Source: an uncultured Mycoplasma sp.
Lineage (GTDB): Bacteria > Bacillota_I > Bacilli_A > RF39 > UBA660
Direction of reading: 5' to 3'
Length of the DNA stretch: 64,000 nt
NCBI GenBank assembly: GCA_902493595.1
Contig: CABUPU010000004.1
Coordinates: forward strand, 9,958-73,957
Positions 56,997-64,000 of this stretch are shown here, one piece after another (position 1 is the first letter of the stretch; the number at the start of each line of letters is the position of its first letter). The position numbers and the translations under genes were made by a program. The notes under the pieces were generated by a model. That model was not told the origin of the DNA. It did no database searches and was given only the letters and a program-made list of their open reading frames with translations.

Positions 56997-58235
56997 ATGC
57001 AAATAAGAACAATTACTTTAAAAGAATTTCAAGATTTTTCTGAAAACTGGGAACATCAAAATTTTCATCAAAGTATTAGTTATGCTCTTTTAAAAAGTGA
57101 AGAGGGCTATGAATATGAAATGATTGGCTATTTTGATGGTGATTCAATAGTTGCTAGTGCTCTTGTACTTGTTCAAATGATTAATAGTTATCTATATGCA
57201 TATGTTCCCGAAGGCTTTTTAATTGATTATAAAAATGAAAACTTACTAAATAATTTTACTAAAGATTTAATAAACTTCTATAAAAAAGAGGGTATTGCTT
57301 TTATAAGAATAAATCCTACAATACCTATTGCTAAAATAGATAATAAAACAAAAAATCCTATATATAATGATAACTACCGTATAATAGAAATATTAAATAG
57401 ATGCGGTTATATAAAAATAGATACCTCTAAAGTATTTACTTCAATACTACCTACTTATGAAGCAATTGTAAATTTAGATAGTTTTAATATAAATAATTTA
57501 AATAAAAATGTTAGAAATAAAATTAGAAAATGTGAAAGAAAAGGTTTAATTATAGAAAAATCTGATGCACTAAGTATGGATAAATTATATAAATTTATTA
57601 AAAATAAAATACATAAAGATATGTTTCATTATAGTGATTATTATAATATTTTTAATAAAGAAAATGCTATTGATTACTTTTTAGTTAAAATAGATAATGA
57701 AAGTTTAGCAATAAATAGTCAAAAAGCTTATGAAGAAGAAAAAGAAAAAAATGAACTTTTAAGTAAAAAACTTCTTAAAGTACCAAGTGAAAAAAATATT
57801 AATAAAAAGATGAATTCTGATAAAGCACTTCTTTGTTTAAAAGAGGATATACTTCTTTCAAATAAATATCTTGCTAATAATGAAGATAATTATATAGCGG
57901 GAGCTCTTGTTATAAAATGCAAAGATAAAATATCTATTTTAGTAAGTGGTTATGATAAAAAATATCAATCATTTTCACCAAATTATTTCTTATTTTATAA
58001 AATATTAATGAACTATAAAAATAATTATAAATTTGCCTCTTTAGGGGGTGTCTCTGGTAACTTTTCAAAAGATAGTAAATATTATGGTCTTGACAATTTT
58101 AAAATGGGATTTAAACCAGATATATATGAATATATTGGAGAATTTGATTTAATATTAAATAAAATAAATTATTATTTCTTAAATAAAAAGAATTTAGTAG
58201 AAAAAGAATTTCAAAAAAATAAGTATCTAAAATAA
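56997..58235 (+). CDS. FemAB-family aminoacyl-tRNA-dependent peptidyltransferase (putative peptidoglycan branch-peptide synthesis)
   Basis: ~410 aa GNAT-tandem architecture with a central coiled-coil insertion ('EEEKEKNELLSKKLLK'), as in FemA/FemB/MurM. Confidence 0.5.
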   Translation: MQIRTITLKEFQDFSENWEHQNFHQSISYALLKSEEGYEYEMIGYFDGDSIVASALVLVQMINSYLYAYVPEGFLIDYKNENLLNNFTKDLINFYKKEGIAFIRINPTIPIAKIDNKTKNPIYNDNYRIIEILNRCGYIKIDTSKVFTSILPTYEAIVNLDSFNINNLNKNVRNKIRKCERKGLIIEKSDALSMDKLYKFIKNKIHKDMFHYSDYYNIFNKENAIDYFLVKIDNESLAINSQKAYEEEKEKNELLSKKLLKVPSEKNINKKMNSDKALLCLKEDILLSNKYLANNEDNYIAGALVIKCKDKISILVSGYDKKYQSFSPNYFLFYKILMNYKNNYKFASLGGVSGNFSKDSKYYGLDNFKMGFKPDIYEYIGEFDLILNKINYYFLNKKNLVEKEFQKNKYLK

Positions 58236-58242
58236 CAGATAC

Positions 58243-58446
58243 TTATTTTTGTAATAATAAATAAAGTTTTAAATATATAGAAATATCTTCATTATTATTT
58301 AATAAAATATTATATAAATCTATAGTCCTAATTCCCATTTTATATGCAATATCTACCATATTTATTTTATTACTAGCAATTAGTTTTAAACATCTATTAG
58401 ATATATTAGTTATAAAATCATTTTTTTCTTTCATTAGTTTCTCCAT
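58243..58446 (-). CDS. small protein with a possible HTH
   Basis: 67 aa; 'MVDIAYKMGIRTIDLYNILL' is HTH-like. Confidence 0.25.
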   Translation of the reverse strand: MEKLMKEKNDFITNISNRCLKLIASNKINMVDIAYKMGIRTIDLYNILLNNNEDISIYLKLYLLLQK

Positions 58447-58527
58447 AAATTACTTCATTTATTAATTTTTTATTTTTATTTATAAAATTAAAAGTTAAAT
58501 CAATTATATTATTTTTATTACCAAAGG

Positions 58528-59556
58528 CTAATATATAAATATTATTATTATATTCAATGTTAGTGCTTGCTCACCCAAAGTATTAACTCTTATTATATAA
58601 TTACTATCTATATTAACCTTTACTGGTTCAATACCTTTTTTATAGTCTAAATTACCCATCTGGAGTTTATTTAATAGTTCTATTGGTATATTTATATCTG
58701 TTAAGTTAATAACTTCATTAGGCATCTCAAATACGTTTTCTTTAGGGATAATTTTTTTACATTCTTCATAAATATCATACATACTATCAAGTAATTTAGT
58801 TATTTCTTCATCCGAGGATATATTAGAGTTAATCATTATATCTAACTTTCTTTCGAGTGTTTGTAAAACAGTTAATAAAGTAATAAAATTAACTTCAGGG
58901 TACATAGCATTATCAAAATCTAAATATGGTTTTGCAAGTGATAATATACTTACTACTGCTTCATTATTTAAATAATCTTTATATAATAATTCATTACTTT
59001 TAAGAAATGCTATTATAGAAATATATTTTTCATTATGAAAAAAGTTCTCTTTTACTTTGTTATCTCTTTTTGGAAGTTCAACTTTAGAAAGAGATGCATC
59101 AAAATTATTCTCAACAGGTTTTCTTTTATTAGGTTTATAATTAGATAAAACTATATTTATTTCACTAATAGAAAATTTATGTTTCATCATAAATTTAGTT
59201 ATAAATGAATAATCAAGTGATCCATTATCAAAATCCTCTTTTAGATCAGATAGTTCATAATATCTTTTATCAACATTTTCAAAAATAGAATTATTTAATA
59301 TTGTTGATATAATAGAATCATATAGTGAAAATTCATAATAATCTTTTTCTGTTAAATTTTTACCCTCTATAATTAAATTTCTAAAATCATTTTTAAAGTA
59401 TTTATTATTTTCAGGGTAGTCTAAAAGAGGATATAATTTTTTTATATCCATCGAAGAAGTAAACTTTTTTAATATACCTAAAAAATTTAATTCGGATAAA
59501 ATCTCTTTATAATACTCTAATAAATAATTATTAAATTTGTCCATTGTATTTGTCAT
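58528..59556 (-). CDS. hypothetical protein (342 aa), no recognisable domain
   Basis: ORF only; accessory context next to the tuf-adjacent insertion. Confidence 0.35.
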   Translation of the reverse strand: MTNTMDKFNNYLLEYYKEILSELNFLGILKKFTSSMDIKKLYPLLDYPENNKYFKNDFRNLIIEGKNLTEKDYYEFSLYDSIISTILNNSIFENVDKRYYELSDLKEDFDNGSLDYSFITKFMMKHKFSISEINIVLSNYKPNKRKPVENNFDASLSKVELPKRDNKVKENFFHNEKYISIIAFLKSNELLYKDYLNNEAVVSILSLAKPYLDFDNAMYPEVNFITLLTVLQTLERKLDIMINSNISSDEEITKLLDSMYDIYEECKKIIPKENVFEMPNEVINLTDINIPIELLNKLQMGNLDYKKGIEPVKVNIDSNYIIRVNTLGEQALTLNIIIIFIY

Positions 59557-59575
59557 ATACTACTCTACCCTAGAT

Positions 59576-59625
59576 AATTTTAACATAATATAATTAAAGT
59601 TGCAAATAAAAAAACCACGAAATTA
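59576..59625. repeat. ~50-bp direct repeat copy A (a degenerate copy of the tuf 3' terminator region)
   Basis: ATTTTAACATA..ATATAAT..GTTGCAAATAAAAAAACCACGAAATTA; compare 60268-60317. Confidence 0.6.
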
Positions 59626-59674
59626 CTTCAGTGATTTTTAAAATTTATTATACTTTTATATTTTTTAAATATGT

Positions 59675-60244
59675 TTAGTACCATTTTTGTAATTCGGGGT
59701 TTTCCCTATTTAATACTAATTTTTTTCCTTCCATTTTTGATGATTCATAGTACACATCACAAATACAGTCAAACTTTAACTCGTTATTACTACGACTTAT
59801 TTTAACACCTCTTTTTTGAAACTCATTATATATTTTTCTTAAATTAAAACCAACAAATTTGTTTAAAACTTCTTCCCATATATTATTTTTATATAAAATA
59901 CTTCCTCTTACATCATGTTCTAAAGAATATTCCTTGTTAAGAATAGAAAAAAATCTTGTTTTATCATTTTGTAAATTTGTAATTTTTAAAACATTATCAA
60001 TCCCTTTAAAAGTTGATAAATATTTAATTCTATATACCTTTGGAATAGGATTTCCAGCATTTTTATAAAACCATTTTTGTAATTGCTTTATGTTATCAAA
60101 AAATAATGGGCTTTTTTTATAAGTACTTGTATGTGCTGGAATATAAACATCACTATTTATTTCATCACTATAATAATACTCACCACCATCGTAAGATATT
60201 TCATAAGGAACAATATATAATAGTTCTATATCATTTTCATTCAT
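59675..60244 (-). CDS. hypothetical protein (189 aa), no recognisable domain; inserted between tuf and copy A of its terminator
   Basis: ORF flanked by duplicated terminator-region repeats. Confidence 0.35.
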   Translation of the reverse strand: MNENDIELLYIVPYEISYDGGEYYYSDEINSDVYIPAHTSTYKKSPLFFDNIKQLQKWFYKNAGNPIPKVYRIKYLSTFKGIDNVLKITNLQNDKTRFFSILNKEYSLEHDVRGSILYKNNIWEEVLNKFVGFNLRKIYNEFQKRGVKISRSNNELKFDCICDVYYESSKMEGKKLVLNRENPELQKWY

Positions 60245-60267
60245 ACCAAAACCTTCTTTCTTGCACT

Positions 60268-60317
60268 ATATTTTAACATATAATGGGTTGAGTTGCAAAT
60301 AAAAAAACCACGAAATT
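60268..60317. repeat. ~50-bp direct repeat copy B, including the tuf rho-independent terminator
   Basis: Minus transcript: CACGA-uuaauu-UCGUG followed by GUUUUUUUAUUUG. Confidence 0.6.
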
Positions 60318-60339
60318 AATCGTGATTTTTAGTTATTCC

Positions 60340-61506
60340 TTATTTTAAAATTTCAGAAATAACACCAGCACCAACAGTTCTTCCACCTTCACGGATAGAG
60401 AATTTAGTACCTTTTTCAAGAGCTACTGGAGCAATTAGTTCAACAGTCATGTCAACTTTATCGCCAGGCATAACCATTTCAACACCAGCAGGTAGTTCAA
60501 TAACACCTGTTACGTCAGTAGTTCTGAAATAGAATTGTGGTCTATAATTTGAGAAGAATGGAGTATGTCTTCCGCCTTCTTCTTTAGATAGAACATAAAC
60601 ACTTGCAGTGAATTTTGTATGAGGTGTAACGCTTCCTGGTTTAGCTAAAACTTGTCCACGTTCAACATCATCTCTAGAAATACCACGAAGTAAAACTCCA
60701 GCGTTATCTCCAGCTTCAGCAAAGTCTAATGTTTTTCTAAACATTTCAATACCAGTTACAACTGATTTTTGAGTAGGTCTTAAACCAACGATTTCAACTT
60801 CGTCATTAAGTTTAAGAATACCTCTTTCAACACGACCAGTAACAACTGTACCACGTCCTGAAATAGTAAATACATCTTCAATACTCATTAAGAATGGTTT
60901 ATCAGTATCTCTTACTGGTGATGGAATATATTCATCAACAGCAGCCATAAGGTCACGGATACTCTTTTCAGCTTCAGGATCTCCTTCAAGAGCCTTAAGA
61001 GCTGAACCTCTTATGATAGGACATTCAGTGTCATAACCATATTCTCCTAATAATTCTCTGATTTCCATTTCTACTAAATCAAGTAATTCTGGATCATCAA
61101 CTTGATCACATTTGTTCATGAAAACAACAATTTTAGGTACTCCAACTTGTCTAGCAAGTAAGATATGCTCTCTTGTTTGAGGCATAGGACCATCTGCAGC
61201 TGATACTACTAGAATAGCACCATCCATTTGAGCTGCACCAGTAATCATGTTTTTTACGTAGTCAGCATGTCCTGGACAGTCAACGTGAGCATAGTGACGT
61301 TTTGCAGTCTCATACTCAACGTGTGCAGTATTAATAGTAATACCTCTTTCTCTTTCTTCTGGAGCTTTATCGATATCTGCATAATCAACAAATTTTCCAA
61401 AGTATTTAGTGATCGCAGCAGTTAATGTAGTTTTACCATGGTCTACGTGTCCAATAGTACCAATATTAACGTGTTCTTTTGAACGATCAAATTTTTCTCT
61501 TGCCAT
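60340..61506 (-). CDS. tuf: elongation factor Tu
   Basis: '[15 protein letters not shown]' and 'DCPGHADY'. Confidence 0.95.
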   Translation of the reverse strand: MAREKFDRSKEHVNIGTIGHVDHGKTTLTAAITKYFGKFVDYADIDKAPEERERGITINTAHVEYETAKRHYAHVDCPGHADYVKNMITGAAQMDGAILVVSAADGPMPQTREHILLARQVGVPKIVVFMNKCDQVDDPELLDLVEMEIRELLGEYGYDTECPIIRGSALKALEGDPEAEKSIRDLMAAVDEYIPSPVRDTDKPFLMSIEDVFTISGRGTVVTGRVERGILKLNDEVEIVGLRPTQKSVVTGIEMFRKTLDFAEAGDNAGVLLRGISRDDVERGQVLAKPGSVTPHTKFTASVYVLSKEEGGRHTPFFSNYRPQFYFRTTDVTGVIELPAGVEMVMPGDKVDMTVELIAPVALEKGTKFSIREGGRTVGAGVISEILK

Positions 61507-61573
61507 ATAATATTTTCCTCCTTTTCTACTATTATATTTTATCTAATGCTTGAAAAAATTTCAAGTATTATTC

Positions 61574-63646
61574 TTAATTAACGCTGTTTTTCTTAATAAT
61601 ATCTTCAGCGATTGATTTTGGAACCTCTTCATAGTGGTCCATAAACATTGTAAATGTTCCTCTACCTTGAGTATTACTTCTTAAAGAAGTTGCATAACCA
61701 AACATTTCAGCAAGTGGAACCATTGCAACTATTGAAAGTGCATTTCCTCTTGATTCATTACCCATTGGTTTACCTCTTCTTGAAGTTAAGTCACCCATAA
61801 CATTTCCTAAATATTCTTCAGGAACTACTACTTCAACCTTCATTATAGGTTCAAGAAGTACAGGTTTACATTTATTTTTTGCTTCTTTTAAAGCTAGTGA
61901 TGCAGCAACTTTGAAAGCCATTTCTGATGAGTCTACATCATGGTATGAACCATCAAATAATGTTGCCTTAACATCTACCATTGGATAACCAGCAAGGATA
62001 CCACCAGCCATGGCCTCTTGTAATCCTTTATCTGTAACTGGAATATATTCTCTTGGAACTACTCCACCAACGATAGCATCAACAAATTCATAACCTTTAC
62101 CAGGATTTGGTTCAAATCTAACCCAAACATGTCCATATTGTCCACGTCCACCTGATTGTTTAATGTATTTACCTTCACATTCACCCATTTGAGTAAGTGT
62201 TTCACGATAAGCAACTTGTGGTTTGCCAACATTACAATCAACGTTAAATTCTCTTCTCATTCTTTCAACAAGAACGTCTAAGTGAAGTTCACCCATTCCT
62301 GAAATAACTGTTTGACCAGTTTCATGATCAGTATGATATTTAAATGATGGATCTTCACCAGCAAGTTTAGATAGCGCAGTTGCCATCTTATCTTGATCTG
62401 CTTTACTCTTAGGTTCAATAGCAAGGTCAATAACTGGTTCTGGAATTTCCATACCTTTTAAAATAACTGGATTTTTTTCATCACATAGAGTGTCTGCAGT
62501 AGTAGTATCTTTTAAACCTACAGCAGCGGCAATTTCACCTGCATAAACACAATCAATTTCTTTTCTTGTATTTGCATGCATTTGTAAAATACGACCAACT
62601 CTTTCTTTTTCACCTTTTGTTGAATTTAGTACATAACTACCACTTGAAAGTTTACCAGAATAAACTCTAAAGAAAGTTAGTGTTCCAACAAATGGATCTG
62701 TCATAACTTTAAATGCTAAAGCAGTAAATGGTTCATTATCATCTGCTTTTCTTAATACATCGTTACCATTTTTATCTACACATTCAGCTGCACCAATATC
62801 AAGTGGGCTTGGTAAATAATCAATAACAGCATCAAGAGCAAATTTAATACCCATATTAGCTTTTGCACTACCTACAGTAACAGGGAAGAATTTAACTGCT
62901 AAAGTTCCTTTTCTTATTGCTCTTTTTACAAGATCAACAGATACTTCTTCACCCTCTAGGTATTTTTCCATTAATTCATCGTCAAATTCAGCAACTGCTT
63001 CAATAAGGTCAGTTCTTTTTTCTTCGATGAAATCTTTCATATCTTCAGGAACATCTGTTTCAGTATAATTTTCATCTGCTGAACCATCATACATTAATGC
63101 CTTACGATTTAAAATATCAATAATACCTTTAAAATTAGATTCTGCTCCAATTGGCCATGCAATAGGTTTTGCATTAACACCAAGTCTTTTCTTAATTGTT
63201 TCAAGACTATATTCATAGTCAGCACCTAATTTATCCATCTTGTTAGCAAAAACAAGACGAGGTACATTAAATTCAGTAGCTTGTCTCCAAACTGTTTCAG
63301 TTTGAGGTTCTACACCATTTTGAGCATCAAGTACAGTAACTGCACCATCAAGTACTCTTAAACTTCTTTCAACTTCAATTGTGAAGTCTACGTGACCTGG
63401 AGTATCAATAATATTAAGTCTATAACCTTTCCAATGTGCTGTTGTTGCAGCGGAAGTAATTGTTATACCTCTTTCTTTTTCTTGATCCATCCAGTCCATT
63501 TGGCTCTCACCATCGTGAGTTTCACCAATTTTATGAATTTTACCAGTATGATATAAAACTCTTTCTGTAAATGTTGTTTTACCAGCATCTATGTGAGCCA
63601 TTATACCAATATTTCTAGTTTTATCTAATGAAACATCTCTTGCCAT
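61574..63646 (-). CDS. fusA: elongation factor G
   Basis: 'AHIDAGKTT' and 'DTPGHVDF'. Confidence 0.95.
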   Translation of the reverse strand: MARDVSLDKTRNIGIMAHIDAGKTTFTERVLYHTGKIHKIGETHDGESQMDWMDQEKERGITITSAATTAHWKGYRLNIIDTPGHVDFTIEVERSLRVLDGAVTVLDAQNGVEPQTETVWRQATEFNVPRLVFANKMDKLGADYEYSLETIKKRLGVNAKPIAWPIGAESNFKGIIDILNRKALMYDGSADENYTETDVPEDMKDFIEEKRTDLIEAVAEFDDELMEKYLEGEEVSVDLVKRAIRKGTLAVKFFPVTVGSAKANMGIKFALDAVIDYLPSPLDIGAAECVDKNGNDVLRKADDNEPFTALAFKVMTDPFVGTLTFFRVYSGKLSSGSYVLNSTKGEKERVGRILQMHANTRKEIDCVYAGEIAAAVGLKDTTTADTLCDEKNPVILKGMEIPEPVIDLAIEPKSKADQDKMATALSKLAGEDPSFKYHTDHETGQTVISGMGELHLDVLVERMRREFNVDCNVGKPQVAYRETLTQMGECEGKYIKQSGGRGQYGHVWVRFEPNPGKGYEFVDAIVGGVVPREYIPVTDKGLQEAMAGGILAGYPMVDVKATLFDGSYHDVDSSEMAFKVAASLALKEAKNKCKPVLLEPIMKVEVVVPEEYLGNVMGDLTSRRGKPMGNESRGNALSIVAMVPLAEMFGYATSLRSNTQGRGTFTMFMDHYEEVPKSIAEDIIKKNSVN

Positions 63647-63650
63647 AAAT

Positions 63651-64000
63651 GCCTACCATCTATAGTGAGCAAATGCTTTATTAGCCTCTGCCATCTTATG
63701 AGTATCTTCTCTTTTTTTAACGGCTCCACCAACACCTTTTGCAGCGTCCATGATTTCATTAGCTAAATTTACAGCCATGCCCTTTCCGTTTCTAAGTTTT
63801 GCATAATTAACAAGCCAACGAAGTGCTAACGCTTGACTTCTATCGTCAGAAATTTCGATTGGAACTTGGTAATTACTTCCACCAACTCTTCTTGATTTAA
63901 CTTCAAGAGCTGGTCTAATATTTTCTAATGCTTTGTTATATACTTCAATTGGTTCTTCTTTAGTAGTTTTCTTAATTATATCAAATGCATCATATACAAT
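63651..64000 (-). CDS. rpsG: 30S ribosomal protein S7, C-terminal part (N-terminus beyond the window end)
   Basis: The reverse translation ends '...[13 protein letters not shown]', the canonical S7 C-terminus, and sits immediately upstream of fusA (str operon). Confidence 0.85.

Noticed and set aside
3551-62241. Other short ORFs in the track lying wholly inside and antisense to long conserved genes: 3551-3736, 5108-5470, 10543-10767, 17643-17927, 19026-19217, 19955-20221, 23447-23701, 24613-24864, 25719-25958, 26370-26615, 28631-28837, 29663-29845, 30870-31163, 39141-39422, 39352-39573, 42577-42843, 42868-43224, 52056-52250, 59859-60068, 61228-61425, 62059-62241
   Set aside because: Each is embedded in a well-supported CDS on the opposite strand (hsdR, PBP1A, murE, asnB, PFOR, tuf, fusA and others). 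Their low-complexity compositions are expected from AT-rich antisense frames.
1-64000. Mollicute-type genetic code (TGA = Trp) suggested by the very low GC
   Set aside because: All conserved genes (tuf, fusA, PFOR, recG, hsdR) read through in the standard code and use TGG. Sporulation-type (CotD-like) and Bacillus-like synteny point to a standard-code Firmicute.

Overview
This is an AT-rich window from a low-GC Firmicute. It uses the standard genetic code: long ORFs read through in the standard code and tuf contains TGG Trp. Part of the gene order matches Bacillus subtilis (cotD-like ... gpsB-rnpB | recU-ponA, dnaD-nth, scpA-scpB, fusA-tuf).

Core genes recognised include the str-operon end (rpsG', fusA, tuf), enolase, pyruvate:ferredoxin oxidoreductase, recG, RNase J, RNase Y, murE (meso-DAP type), asnB, scpAB, cca, dnaD, nth, PBP1A, recU, gpsB, RNase P RNA, pgsA, tRNA-Leu(CAA) and tRNA-Met(CAU).

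Accessory content is dense. A ~12 kb island at 2380-14388 is bounded by perfect 27-bp direct repeats and has no recognisable integrase. It carries a complete type I RM system (hsdR-hsdM-hsdS), a tightly coupled pair of membrane proteins of unknown function (886 aa + 118 aa) immediately 3' of hsdS, a frameshifted MazF-like gene, a HigB-like toxin with a HigA-HTH/ImmA-peptidase fusion antitoxin, and a zinc-ribbon protein.

A DpnII-type GATC RM cassette (dpnM-dpnA-dpnB) is flanked by ~106-bp direct repeats that begin at the stop codons. An Abi_2 (AbiD/AbiF-like) gene next to tRNA-Met is flanked by 40-bp hairpin repeats. A gene of unknown function downstream of tuf is flanked by duplicated copies of the tuf terminator region.

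These four insertions share one architecture: accessory DNA inserted just after a rho-independent terminator, with a duplicated terminator-containing segment at the other end. The best candidate for a novel system is the 886-aa/118-aa membrane pair embedded in the RM island.
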